IMG/VR virus record: IMGVR_UViG_3300021373_002523
Location: 1-64,000 of that record
DNA length: 64,000 nt
DNA from: a virus
Reading direction: 5' to 3' (one strand)
The notes under the pieces are model-generated. The model saw only the letters and a program-made list of their open reading frames with translations. It searched no databases and was not told the origin of the DNA. Each line of letters starts with the position of its first letter. Position 1 is the first letter of the stretch. Of the stretch, positions 37,093 through 47,019 are shown one piece after another. The translations under genes and the position numbers were made by a program.

Positions 37093-37813
37093 AATATTCT
37101 TTATAGCTTTTAGGTGGTATATTTAAATATCCTAATCTCTTTTTTGCCTTATTATTTAAATTAACATTACCTAACATTGTAGGGATATCCATTCTTTGTT
37201 TACAAAAAGGTTTTGTCATAACAATAGTAAATGCATCTCTCCATTCATTCGTTTTATTAGATCCGCCAGCATGCCAAATTTTAGGATTCCAATATAAAAT
37301 AGATCCTGCCTTTGCAACTAATCTTTTAGCATTTTTATAAAAATCTGTAGGTTCAGTATTTAGCTTATGTGATTCAGGTAAAAACCAAGTAGCACCATTC
37401 TCTTCTGTAAAATCGTCTAAGATAATTAAAGATAGCATTCTCATAGGATAATAATGAGGATAATCTGTAGGTACATCAATATGAATTCTTTTAGAATAAT
37501 TTGATTTATTTGGTGGCATTGATGAAGATGTATTAGAATACAATATACAATCCTTTCCTAATATTAATTCAAAAGGTTTAAAAATAGAATCATTTTCAAA
37601 AATCTTTAAAAAATTACCACCATATTTAGCACAGCATAATACCATTCCATAATCTTTATAATCTTTAGATCCATGATATTCTTCTTCTTTCTTTGTGGCA
37701 TTTTTTAATTCACGTTTTAATTCTTTAACCAAATCTAAACTTAGTGCATCTTTAACTAAAACCATACCTTCCTTTCTATATTTAGAAACAAAATTATCCA
37801 TACACTTTTTCAT
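37079..37813 (-). CDS. PhyH-family Fe(II)/2OG dioxygenase
   Basis: IHID, LDDFTEENGAT...SH, WHAGG.N...R. Confidence 0.85.
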   Translation of the reverse strand: MKKCMDNFVSKYRKEGMVLVKDALSLDLVKELKRELKNATKKEEEYHGSKDYKDYGMVLCCAKYGGNFLKIFENDSIFKPFELILGKDCILYSNTSSSMPPNKSNYSKRIHIDVPTDYPHYYPMRMLSLIILDDFTEENGATWFLPESHKLNTEPTDFYKNAKRLVAKAGSILYWNPKIWHAGGSNKTNEWRDAFTIVMTKPFCKQRMDIPTMLGNVNLNNKAKKRLGYLNIPPKSYKEYYERK

Positions 37814-38648
37814 TTAAATAATAATCTAAATACAGCCATTTATCATCAGTAAGAGTATGAGAGTCAATAGCTGGTTGAACAGTTCCAATTTTTTCAGCTT
37901 CCTTTTTTATTATTTCAGCACAATGATCATTATTTTGAAATGTTATCATTCCTTTAAATAACTCAGTATAAAAACCAGAATTCATTATTGTTCTTCTTCC
38001 CATTAAACCTAACTCTCTGTTAGTTGACATTCCTGAGTCAGGATATCTAAAATTAAGATTAATAAAACACTTATCATAAAAATTTTCCTTTAACCACTTA
38101 ATGTCTTTATATTGCTCAAAGCTACTAAAGTATGTTGTGATTATTTCATATCCACATTTATCTTCAATTTCTTTTATAAAATCTGGATGTTTTCCATCAC
38201 CACAGTCTATCCCAGAATAATAATAAACTTTATCACCTAATACATTAGGCTTAAACATACTAAAGTCTTTAATTTCAATTAAATCCTGTTTAAGTATAAT
38301 TCCAGGAGGTACATCAAATTTATTCTGAGCAGTAAGTATAGCAGTATTAGACTTATTAGATATTAAATCCCAATCTACATTATCAGTAGGTCCTGCTGTA
38401 ATAATAACTTTAAATCCTCTGTGTTTTTGGATGGCATCAAAATTACTCTTACACCCAAAAAATAAAGAAGGTTCATCAAGTGAAGTATAATCAGTTAAAC
38501 TCCATCTTTTAACAAAAGCATCTTTAAAGTATTTTAGTTGAGGAGCAACTCTACACTGTGTTATTCTTTTTCTCATTAAAAGGCTGATGTATTTATTATT
38601 ATATGTAATTCTATTCATTTGTTTACCTTTTAAATGGGCAAGCATCAT
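37794..38648 (-). CDS. Putative glycosyltransferase-like protein
   Basis: Cluster context; C-terminal part similar to 40314..41216; start uncertain. Confidence 0.45.
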   Translation of the reverse strand: MMLAHLKGKQMNRITYNNKYISLLMRKRITQCRVAPQLKYFKDAFVKRWSLTDYTSLDEPSLFFGCKSNFDAIQKHRGFKVIITAGPTDNVDWDLISNKSNTAILTAQNKFDVPPGIILKQDLIEIKDFSMFKPNVLGDKVYYYSGIDCGDGKHPDFIKEIEDKCGYEIITTYFSSFEQYKDIKWLKENFYDKCFINLNFRYPDSGMSTNRELGLMGRRTIMNSGFYTELFKGMITFQNNDHCAEIIKKEAEKIGTVQPAIDSHTLTDDKWLYLDYYLNEKVYG

Positions 38649-39408
38649 ACAGCAAATCTAAATCTATCTCTATTTTGTAATCTTTAATTTTAGGATCTTT
38701 TACTATGTCGGCTAATTTACTTTTAGCTGTTACTTTAATAGGTTTTGTATCAGCCCTTTTCACTGATAAAAAATAATCTCTAAATTTAAAACCATCACCA
38801 TACACTTTATCTGATAATTCTATCCAATAAGAAGGTATCCCATAAGAATCACCACAAACTATTCCATGTAATGAACTAGATAATATTACCTCGCATTTAT
38901 TTACTTCATCTACAAAAGTATTAGTGTTAGTAGCTGTTGGGTGTATAACATTTACTGATTTATCTTTCTTTAATTGCTCTACCCATTCAGTATGATAATC
39001 TACATAGTGTGGAACAATACCATACTTATATTCTTTTAAAACATTAGGTTTATAAAATTTAGAATAAAGTAAAGCAGGATCTCCATAAATTTCCGGACAT
39101 TCTATATTATGACTAAGTAGTATATTTCTTGTTAAGGGTCCTCTAACTGCATGTATTTTATTAGGTATATGTTTTAAACTAGCAGCAGAACTTATAAATC
39201 CTGTACCCCAAACTTCATAATTATCAGAACCTGGTGATTGTAAAATGCTTCCTATACAATAATACCTAAATATTGAATTAGCTTCACTCGTATCTATTAC
39301 ATTAACTTTTCTTCCAGATATAGCTTCACATAAATCTTTATTTAATTCATCTCCCCAATTTCCGCTACCGCTCCAATAACATATATTAAGATCCTTCATT
39401 ATAGGCAT
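38623..39408 (-). CDS. Polysaccharide pyruvyl transferase
   Basis: NWGDEL, IGSIL, WGTG, AVRGPLT, GDPALL, GIVPHY, SSSLHG. Confidence 0.88.
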   Translation of the reverse strand: MPIMKDLNICYWSGSGNWGDELNKDLCEAISGRKVNVIDTSEANSIFRYYCIGSILQSPGSDNYEVWGTGFISSAASLKHIPNKIHAVRGPLTRNILLSHNIECPEIYGDPALLYSKFYKPNVLKEYKYGIVPHYVDYHTEWVEQLKKDKSVNVIHPTATNTNTFVDEVNKCEVILSSSLHGIVCGDSYGIPSYWIELSDKVYGDGFKFRDYFLSVKRADTKPIKVTAKSKLADIVKDPKIKDYKIEIDLDLLYDACPFKR

Positions 39409-40300
39409 CTATTAATTCTTTAAAAAACCATTCACCAATTTTATCTTGGCTCAATTTATCTTCCCATAGATTCAAACAATTAGTCTTTATCTCTTGCATT
39501 TTTGCAGGATCTTTTAATAACTCTTTGGCAACATCCACAAAGTTTTTTGGATTCTTTTCAAATATACAATGAACACCATCTTCAAGTACAACATTATTAC
39601 ATAAAGGATAATCTTTTCCTAATGGTTCAGTTATCATAATGACACCTTCTTGTATAAATTCACCTATCTTCCATCCTAAATACGAAGATGCACTCCAAAT
39701 AAACCCAAGCTTTGTATCTTTTAAAGAATTAGCATAAACATCCCTAGGCTTCATATGAACTACTGTATTATAGCCTTCTGTTGCCATACTGCGAGCCCCA
39801 TTCATAAGTGTTAATCTAGCATTACTCCATGCTGGCCAATCCTTTGGATCTGGTGGTGTACCTGAATTGGTATGTCTCATTGTTGCCTGAACATCAATAG
39901 GTCTATTTCTAGTTAATAAATCGTGCTTATTCCATTTATAATTAATTCCACCATTTCCTTCTACTGAAGTCCATGATCTCCATAATCCACAAGGAATAAT
40001 TCTATCTAAGTATTTACTATCAATAGGAAGTTTTGTATAATCAATAATGTTAGGACTATAATGATATTTAAAAATCTTTTGATAATCATTAGCATTCATA
40101 TGTTTAATATGTTGATCAACAAAATGGAATGCATCTTCATATACAATATACCCTATCGGTTTATCATTAACATATAGAGAATTGGCTTGAATAGAATCAT
40201 CCTGGATTAAAATAAATCCTAAACGATCTGCAACATGCCTTAGTGCATCACGGAGTGCAAATGTATAGTGAAAATCAAAGTTAGCTCTTATTGTATACAT
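39386..40300 (-). CDS. Putative GT-B glycosyltransferase
   Basis: YANSLKDTK...WKIGE...LEDGVHCI...ELLKDP C-terminal pattern. Confidence 0.55.
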   Translation of the reverse strand: MYTIRANFDFHYTFALRDALRHVADRLGFILIQDDSIQANSLYVNDKPIGYIVYEDAFHFVDQHIKHMNANDYQKIFKYHYSPNIIDYTKLPIDSKYLDRIIPCGLWRSWTSVEGNGGINYKWNKHDLLTRNRPIDVQATMRHTNSGTPPDPKDWPAWSNARLTLMNGARSMATEGYNTVVHMKPRDVYANSLKDTKLGFIWSASSYLGWKIGEFIQEGVIMITEPLGKDYPLCNNVVLEDGVHCIFEKNPKNFVDVAKELLKDPAKMQEIKTNCLNLWEDKLSQDKIGEWFFKELIDAYNEGS

Positions 40301-40313
40301 ATTTATTTTTATT

Positions 40314-41216
40314 TTATATTGAAAGTGGCCTACTCATATTTGATGATTCAGCTATTATTTCATTGTAATTTTTAAAAGTTAGTGGTTGGTCATTATGAAA
40401 AAGCTTTGGCGTTGGTTTATTTTGACTATAAGTTTCTAATTGAAAAACATAATTATAGTTAGGATTTGTCATATTAAGATATTCTTTACATTTAGATGAT
40501 AATGCCGTATCATTAAATCCTATTGTTTTTTCTTCATTTCTAATATGATTTATAATATCTTGCTCCGATTCATAAGATAGTGCTGATGGCGTACCACCAT
40601 TCCATATAGTTTTAATGCCACGAATACCAAGACTTTGTACAGTATCAGATAAACCATCAAATCTAGTTAACCTTACACCAACAAATACCTTTTTGTAAAC
40701 TTCTTTTAATTGATCTTTCGTATAACTGGTAAAAGGAGGAATTGAAGAAGAGTATCTTGTATAAATTACATTAAGATGTGGAAAATTATCTTTTATTAAT
40801 CTTGGAAGAATATGATAGCCATAAAAATTATCACCTTTAGTAGATCCATAAAAATATACACTCTTACCTTTGGGGTATGACTGAACATTTTTAGTATTAC
40901 TAACATTCCAAGGAAATTCTACATAATTAAGACCTAAATTATCTAAGTAAATGCTTATTAATTTAGAAGTAGATATAAAATAAAAATCTTTTTTGTTTTT
41001 AACCCATTCTAAATTATTTTGAATTGGCCTTATGTCATTATTAATAATCATAACGGCTGGACCTTTATGTTTCAGTATTACATGTTCAAGACACTGTGTA
41101 GAATAGAAAAAGGTTGGGGCATTTACATCTGAATACGGTTTTAAGAAACTATTAAAAAGAGAACCATCTTCATGAAAATGTTTAAAAATTTCAGGAATAA
41201 AATACTGTGTTATCAT
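40314..41216 (-). CDS. Putative glycosyltransferase-like protein
   Basis: YKKVFVGVRLTRFDGLSDTVQSLG, GT-B-like; cluster context. Confidence 0.5.
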   Translation of the reverse strand: MITQYFIPEIFKHFHEDGSLFNSFLKPYSDVNAPTFFYSTQCLEHVILKHKGPAVMIINNDIRPIQNNLEWVKNKKDFYFISTSKLISIYLDNLGLNYVEFPWNVSNTKNVQSYPKGKSVYFYGSTKGDNFYGYHILPRLIKDNFPHLNVIYTRYSSSIPPFTSYTKDQLKEVYKKVFVGVRLTRFDGLSDTVQSLGIRGIKTIWNGGTPSALSYESEQDIINHIRNEEKTIGFNDTALSSKCKEYLNMTNPNYNYVFQLETYSQNKPTPKLFHNDQPLTFKNYNEIIAESSNMSRPLSI

Positions 41217-42113
41217 CTATGTAAAAATTTGATGTCTTTTTGGTTTAAAATCAGGATTGTGTGTTATCCAATTTAAATGAGCAAATTCATCTTTCATAAA
41301 CATGTGCCTAGACTGTAATCCTGACCATGCATCTAATATACTTCCTACATCAATTGCTACCTTTCCTAATTCCTTAGCTGCCCAAGGAATAAGACTCTTA
41401 ACACCATACCCTCCACCAAATAAAACAATTTTAGCTGGAGTACTTTCCATATCTTTTTTAACTGCTTCTCTTATGTCAGCATGGTAACTTTCCTTTCCAC
41501 TTATATCTGTATAATATACATCTACACCTAATATCTCTTCAATTTTACCAGCCTTAAATCTATCTACATTAGGAGTAACAAAATGAACAGCATTACCTTG
41601 TATAATTGATTTAAATGATTCTAAACTACCGAACATTTTATCACGAGGAAATAAACTACTGATTGTTTTAAGCCTAGTTACATCAATACCATACCTATTT
41701 AAAGTTATATCATTAATTGTATAATAATTAGGATTTCTTCCTGGGACTGTTAAACCAACATAATCTGATTCTTTAATTGAATAAGATATAATATCTCTAG
41801 CTAAACCTCTCCATGCTAACGATGATTCATCAGTTAGATAACATTCACATGTTTTTGGTTTTAAACTGTTAGGATTATCAGGTTTATGAGTTGGGCATTT
41901 CCAAATGTTCTCTCTCCACTGAATTAAACAAAGTGAATGATGGTGAGTTACTAATTGGCCTGGTATTCCTTTAGGAAAGTCATCAACAGATTTTAGTATA
42001 TGCATTTCACCATCTCCGCATCTAACTACACTTAGTGGGTGGCCATATTTTACGGCTTTTCTCATTGCTTGAATTAATTCTAAGTCTGAAGTATTTTGTG
42101 TTATTGCTTTCAT
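41217..42113 (-). CDS. GT-D fold-like glycosyltransferase
   Basis: SVVRCGDGE ... VLFGGG ... AIDVGSILD. Confidence 0.7.
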   Translation of the reverse strand: MKAITQNTSDLELIQAMRKAVKYGHPLSVVRCGDGEMHILKSVDDFPKGIPGQLVTHHHSLCLIQWRENIWKCPTHKPDNPNSLKPKTCECYLTDESSLAWRGLARDIISYSIKESDYVGLTVPGRNPNYYTINDITLNRYGIDVTRLKTISSLFPRDKMFGSLESFKSIIQGNAVHFVTPNVDRFKAGKIEEILGVDVYYTDISGKESYHADIREAVKKDMESTPAKIVLFGGGYGVKSLIPWAAKELGKVAIDVGSILDAWSGLQSRHMFMKDEFAHLNWITHNPDFKPKRHQIFT

Positions 42114-43669
42114 TATCCCTGGTTTACATTACTTTTAAATCTTCTACTTGCTTGAAAATGTTCTATCACAGGAACTACATTAGGATACATACCTCTCATA
42201 CTATCAAATATCATTGTATACTCTGGAGGTAAATTTTTATAAGTAAAATCTGGATCTGATTTCATTTGATTAATAACTGTATCTAAATTCCATTGTTCCA
42301 TTCTTGAAGATTCATTTCCTTCTTGTACATTTATATCTCTCCATAATTCACAGATGCGCTTTGTCCTTTCATTATTTTCCATATAAATAGTACCACTTAA
42401 ACATTCATTTTGCCTCCATCTAAAATCTTGCCATCTTACAGCAATATCACAGTTATAATTTTTAAATAAATCTGGACTCTTATGAACTACCGCATCACAG
42501 TCCACATATAGTAATCTGTGATTAGGCCATTTAATTAACATATCTAACATGAAGCCGGCTTTAAATCTAGTATTTGCTTGCCAGCTTCCTAAAGTTTTAA
42601 CTCCACTGATATCATGATTAAGACCTAATTTATTTAAAGACTGTATTAGGTTTTGTGCTTCTTCCTCATACGGTGTGTTAACTGTATAATAACCTACCAC
42701 CATTAGATTTCTTAATGAACCATTATCATTAGGAATATATGGAGTCGATGATTCTGTATATTCGCTAACAATATCATTAAATGATTCTGTTTTAATATAT
42801 GGAGAATCAGTTAAAATACTTGATGAAGAAAGATTTATAATTTCTTGATTTCCTTTATAATCTTGCAAAGATCTAATTAAAGTTTCAGCATAACCATCTA
42901 CACGACCTCTAAATGATTTTTGATCAATCTCTCTGTATGATTGATGAAAGTGAGTTTGGCCTTCACTCTTTAAATCAAATCCTAATAAGTATATTTTTTT
43001 ATAACCTAATAATAGAGCTAATTGGATAGCGCAATGGCCACTATTATTTCCATGAGAAAAAGATTGAATATCAGATCCAAACCCTTCTGTGTGGTAAGAA
43101 GGAATAACTCCAGTATATTTGTAAAGATCAGAGTAAACAAAATTTCTACGAGTATCTACAATCTGCCCATTTACAAAACTCATATAGGAATGTTCCATAT
43201 TAGCTATAAAAAATGTATGTGCTGTTTTTTGTTTGATTTCATCAATAGGTAATGATGCTTTAATAAAGTAAGAATAATCTGTAGTTATAAAATAAGTAGG
43301 ATTAGAAATATATTCTACTGCCTTATTAACTGCAATAGTATCAAAACCATTTAATTGTGAAAAATCAAATCCATTTAATGAAGGACCGCCACCTATAATA
43401 AAACAAAAATCATTGTTACCTTTAGGAAGAGTACTATCAAAAAATTTAATAGGAGGAGCAACCGGAGCCGGAGCCGGTGTAGGTTTTTTAGGTACTGGTA
43501 CACTTCTATTGAAATTCCTATTCTTATTTTTAGAAGCAACATGATATCTAGGATTACTTATTCTATCCTTTTGATCTGGTCTAACGGTTATTCTAGGAAA
43601 GTTCTTTTCCTTATTCCCATAGGATTCTGGCTCTGATATAATCCTCTTAATTCTTCCTCTCCTTGGCAT
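42113..43669 (-). CDS. Two-domain glycosyltransferase (sialyltransferase/Maf-like + GT-A)
   Basis: R/P-rich N-tail; IIGGGPSL...IAVN...NSG...LGYKKIYLLGFD; second domain with YVDCDAVV, LSGT, IEHFQASR. Confidence 0.75.
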   Translation of the reverse strand: MPRRGRIKRIISEPESYGNKEKNFPRITVRPDQKDRISNPRYHVASKNKNRNFNRSVPVPKKPTPAPAPVAPPIKFFDSTLPKGNNDFCFIIGGGPSLNGFDFSQLNGFDTIAVNKAVEYISNPTYFITTDYSYFIKASLPIDEIKQKTAHTFFIANMEHSYMSFVNGQIVDTRRNFVYSDLYKYTGVIPSYHTEGFGSDIQSFSHGNNSGHCAIQLALLLGYKKIYLLGFDLKSEGQTHFHQSYREIDQKSFRGRVDGYAETLIRSLQDYKGNQEIINLSSSSILTDSPYIKTESFNDIVSEYTESSTPYIPNDNGSLRNLMVVGYYTVNTPYEEEAQNLIQSLNKLGLNHDISGVKTLGSWQANTRFKAGFMLDMLIKWPNHRLLYVDCDAVVHKSPDLFKNYNCDIAVRWQDFRWRQNECLSGTIYMENNERTKRICELWRDINVQEGNESSRMEQWNLDTVINQMKSDPDFTYKNLPPEYTMIFDSMRGMYPNVVPVIEHFQASRRFKSNVNQG

Positions 43670-44340
43670 TATCTTTTAATTTTTTTAAATGTATATTTGT
43701 TTACCCTTTGATTATTTATTATTGGCATATTATGCCTAGTGTTAAGTGCTGATGGACCGTTACCACCAATCATCCCAAACAATTTTGTTTTATCAGAATC
43801 TTTAGTTTTTTCAAAATACTTAAGCTCTTTTATTCCATGATGATCAGGTACATAAGTATGGCCAAATTGATTTCTTTGTTTAGTAGAACTTTCAAAAAAG
43901 TCAAATCCAATTAAATCTAACCTACGAAAATCTATATACTTATTAAAGAAATTATATGTGGCAATACCAGTTGAAGGTTTAAATCCTCCTAGTTCATTTT
44001 TAAGAATATCGTAAGCAACATCCTCTACTTTATAACAATTTTCAAAAAGTAATTCTTCACTATGTTTTACTGGACTAAGTATATAATTAAGTGAATTTTC
44101 TCTAATGATATTAGCTGCACCTACAGCTGATTTAATTCCAATTGATAAAATGTTGGTTCGTGATCCAATATGAGCAGCATAAAATTCGCTATCATTTTGA
44201 TAACCACGGTTAATTCTAACCACAACTTCATACCTATCTATAAGATCTCTATATCGCCCATTTAAAAGCCTTGAAGAATTTCCTACAATTATAATACTCT
44301 TACCTCTACAATAATTCTGTAGATCTCTCAGTGTTGCCAT
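43669..44340 (-). CDS. GT29-like (CMP-sugar) transferase
   Basis: IVGNS...IDRYEVVVRIN...IGSRT (L-motif-like), KPSTG...LIGFDF (S-motif-like), H..KE. Confidence 0.75.
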   Translation of the reverse strand: MATLRDLQNYCRGKSIIIVGNSSRLLNGRYRDLIDRYEVVVRINRGYQNDSEFYAAHIGSRTNILSIGIKSAVGAANIIRENSLNYILSPVKHSEELLFENCYKVEDVAYDILKNELGGFKPSTGIATYNFFNKYIDFRRLDLIGFDFFESSTKQRNQFGHTYVPDHHGIKELKYFEKTKDSDKTKLFGMIGGNGPSALNTRHNMPIINNQRVNKYTFKKIKR

Positions 44341-44371
44341 TTAGTTAATATTTGTATTATATATTAAAACT

Positions 44372-44401
44372 AGAAAGGGACCCATTTCTGGATCCCTTTC
44401 T
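44372..44401. terminator. Terminator-like hairpin
   Basis: AGAAAGGGACCCA-TTTC-TGGATCCCTTTCT. Confidence 0.7.
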
Positions 44402-44419
44402 TATAAAATGGGAAGCAAA

Positions 44420-44683
44420 TTACTCTCCAACTTTAGTCATTACTGGCTCTGCTGGAGCATCTTCATTTACAACAGGATCCGCATCAGTTCCTTGCTCTTC
44501 AGCAGGAGTTGGTGGAACGAATACTTTAATTGCTTTTGAAATTAATTCAGCATCCTCGATTGTATATGCACCTTTACCTTGTGCAATCCTAACAGCTTGA
44601 ATTAAAACATTTAATGCTTGCTGACCGTTAAGCTCTTCTGGAGCTACTTGCGGATTTTCTTGAGTGTTTTCTTCTTTGTTCAT
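44420..44683 (-). CDS. Hypothetical protein
   Basis: 87 aa with promoter and terminator. Confidence 0.7.
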   Translation of the reverse strand: MNKEENTQENPQVAPEELNGQQALNVLIQAVRIAQGKGAYTIEDAELISKAIKVFVPPTPAEEQGTDADPVVNEDAPAEPVMTKVGE

Positions 44684-44740
44684 GTTAACGTTAATTTTTA
44701 AATATATTTAATATTTATATACACTATCTATTAATTTGTT

Positions 44741-45139
44741 TTACTTTACATCAATAAAATTTTCAGTTTCTTCTTTTATTGGTAAATTTAAACTTAACAC
44801 TCCATTTTCTACTTTTGCTTTAATCTTTTTAGTATTAACTTCCTCAGGTAAAGTAAAGCGTTTATCAAAAGTTCCTAACCAAACATTGTCTTCATTTGAG
44901 GAAGCAATACTTAATTCACCTTTAATCATTTTAACTTTTAAATCTTCTTTAGTTAATCCAGGTATAGCGATTTCCAATACCCAGTTTTTATCTTCTTTTA
45001 TACAATGCCAACCTTTTGAAGGTTTTGTAAAAAAGTTTTCAAAATCATCCCAGAAAGGATCCTTTAAAATTGTATCAATATTATCATTGATTTTTTTTGC
45101 TTGTGTAATTGGCCTAAAGCCATTTAAAATTGTATACAT
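44741..45139 (-). CDS. Small heat-shock protein Hsp20
   Basis: IPGLTKEDLKV...FTLP...KVENGVLSL.LP alpha-crystallin motif. Confidence 0.92.
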   Translation of the reverse strand: MYTILNGFRPITQAKKINDNIDTILKDPFWDDFENFFTKPSKGWHCIKEDKNWVLEIAIPGLTKEDLKVKMIKGELSIASSNEDNVWLGTFDKRFTLPEEVNTKKIKAKVENGVLSLNLPIKEETENFIDVK

Positions 45140-45196
45140 TTGTTTTTCTTATTTTTAATTTTAAACAAGGATTATTCCTTATTTTAATTAATATAC

Positions 45197-45237
45197 TGAA
45201 AAAACCGTGCCAGAGTGATATTTCTGACATAATGTCC
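45197..45237 (-). promoter_or_regulatory. Sigma54-like promoter with upstream GACA-N3-TGTC palindrome
   Basis: TGGCACG-GTTT-TTTC (-24 perfect, -12 one mismatch); palindrome at 45226-45236. Confidence 0.5.
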
Positions 45238-45257
45238 ACTTTTTCTTTTTCTCTATG

Positions 45258-45641
45258 TCAGGATGTCCGTTTCTTACCTCCATGATACTCATATCCATGA
45301 CCTTCTGTAATTAAAGTTTGATTTACATCCCATTGCTTTCCTTCTACATCCATAATAAAAATCTGACCTAATACTCTACCATATTTACCTACACCCTGGG
45401 ACTTGATTCTAAAAAATCCTGGTTTACTACTGACTTCATTTAATAAGACCTTTAATCTCTCTTTAGCTGCTAATCCTTTTTTCTTTACTTCGAGATCACG
45501 TGTACGACTTTCCCATGCATCCATTCCAACAAATCGGATTCTCTTTTTTACCCAAATATCAAAACCTACATCAATAAGAGCATCAATAGTATCACCGTCA
45601 ACGACTCTTTCTAATTTGCCTCTATAAATATACTTATCCAT
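45258..45641 (-). CDS. Thermonuclease (SNase-like)
   Basis: RVVDGDTI, RIRFVGMDAWE, GKYGRVLG. Confidence 0.88.
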   Translation of the reverse strand: MDKYIYRGKLERVVDGDTIDALIDVGFDIWVKKRIRFVGMDAWESRTRDLEVKKKGLAAKERLKVLLNEVSSKPGFFRIKSQGVGKYGRVLGQIFIMDVEGKQWDVNQTLITEGHGYEYHGGKKRTS

Positions 45642-45646
45642 TCCTT

Positions 45647-45835
45647 TTATTTTGTTAAAAGAACATTAAGTGCTAAAACAACAATACCTGAAATTAATAA
45701 TTTCATTACAGGATCATGCTCTCCACTTACAACTTCTGTCTTTGGTTTACAGCAATCATCTGTTGCAGGTTTACTAGAACCACATCCAAATAATAATATT
45801 GAACTTAATGATAATGCAATCATTTTCTTTTTCAT
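45647..45835 (-). CDS. Small lipoprotein
   Basis: LLFGC lipobox, C-terminal hydrophobic segment; next to the endolysin. Confidence 0.55.
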   Translation of the reverse strand: MKKKMIALSLSSILLFGCGSSKPATDDCCKPKTEVVSGEHDPVMKLLISGIVVLALNVLLTK

Positions 45836-45850
45836 AATTTCCGTTTTATT

Positions 45851-46726
45851 TTATAAGGATACTAACATATCCATCAATTCAGGTTGAGGAAACATATCTA
45901 CTTTATCTTTACGAACATTAGTATGAGTCCATACACCTTTTAATTTACCAGCCTTAACATCTGGAATATATTCAAATGCATCAGCTCCAATTGATTTTAT
46001 TAGTTTTGGTAATCCTTCACAAATATCAATTCCATCTCTTTCACCTATCCATAAGATCCAATCTCTTAATACTTCTATTTGTTTATCAGAATATCTTTGC
46101 CATGTTTTATATCCTCTAAAAGGTTTATCTAATGTAATGATTTGAGATTCAGCTGCTCTTGTACCTGCATAAGTTTTTCCATCTTTAATCCAGCCAAAAT
46201 TATTTACTTCAATTCCTACTGAATGTTGATGCATATGACTTCTACCAGTTCCTAAGTGCCAGCCCCAACCGCCTTCAGGTGTACATTGAACTAAAACACC
46301 ATCATATTTATTATCATTACCTTTTATGGATTGCCCTCCTAATACAAATTCAGTTGCAACCTTTCCTCTGCTATCTCTACTCCAATGATCAACAGTATTA
46401 AAAGGATTATGCCAACCTGCTGTATGATGTAAAAAGATATATTCTGGTTTACTACCTGTCATATATTCATGAGGAGGTAACATATGACGATGAACAGTTA
46501 ACCCGTTTGGTGTTTGGTATGTAGCTTCTTCAACATCAGTAGAAGCAAGACCCATAGCATCCCAAGTGGCAGGACCCACAATACCATCAGCAATAAGTTT
46601 ATTATCGGTCTGCCATTTTTTAACTGACCCTTCAGTTCCTCTACCGAACACGCCATCCGCTGATATGCCCAAAAATTCTTGAAGGATTTTAACATCTTTT
46701 CCTTTAGAACCATATTTTAAAATCAT
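45851..46726 (-). CDS. Endolysin: PG-binding domain + N-acetylmuramoyl-L-alanine amidase
   Basis: DGVFG.GTE..VK.WQ...DGIVGP.TW; LHHTAG, SVGIE, THT...K.D. Confidence 0.88.
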   Translation of the reverse strand: MILKYGSKGKDVKILQEFLGISADGVFGRGTEGSVKKWQTDNKLIADGIVGPATWDAMGLASTDVEEATYQTPNGLTVHRHMLPPHEYMTGSKPEYIFLHHTAGWHNPFNTVDHWSRDSRGKVATEFVLGGQSIKGNDNKYDGVLVQCTPEGGWGWHLGTGRSHMHQHSVGIEVNNFGWIKDGKTYAGTRAAESQIITLDKPFRGYKTWQRYSDKQIEVLRDWILWIGERDGIDICEGLPKLIKSIGADAFEYIPDVKAGKLKGVWTHTNVRKDKVDMFPQPELMDMLVSL

Positions 46727-46735
46727 TATTCTTTT

Positions 46736-46999
46736 TTATTTTACCATCTCTTTTAATTGGTCTAATGTTTGCATGCCAATTTTTCTAGATTTTTCTTCTC
46801 CATCTTCAACAACAATAAAGCATGGAATACTACGTACCCCATACTTACTTGCTGCATCTGATTCCTTATCAACATTACATTTTAATAATTCAATATCTGA
46901 ATCTTCTTTAAACTTTTCTAATGTTGGATTCATTGCTCTACATGGACCACACCAATCGGCGTAAAAATCCACTAAGAATTTTCCTTTTGCTGGAATCAT
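46736..46999 (-). CDS. trxA: Thioredoxin
   Basis: DFYADWCGPC, SIP. Confidence 0.93.
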   Translation of the reverse strand: MIPAKGKFLVDFYADWCGPCRAMNPTLEKFKEDSDIELLKCNVDKESDAASKYGVRSIPCFIVVEDGEEKSRKIGMQTLDQLKEMVK

Positions 47000-47019
47000 A
47001 TTATTTTTATTTTTTATAT

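Noticed and set aside
16123-46713. Nested minus-strand ORFs 16123..16308, 31604..31786 and 46498..46713
   Set aside because: Out-of-frame ORFs inside longer genes with recognisable features
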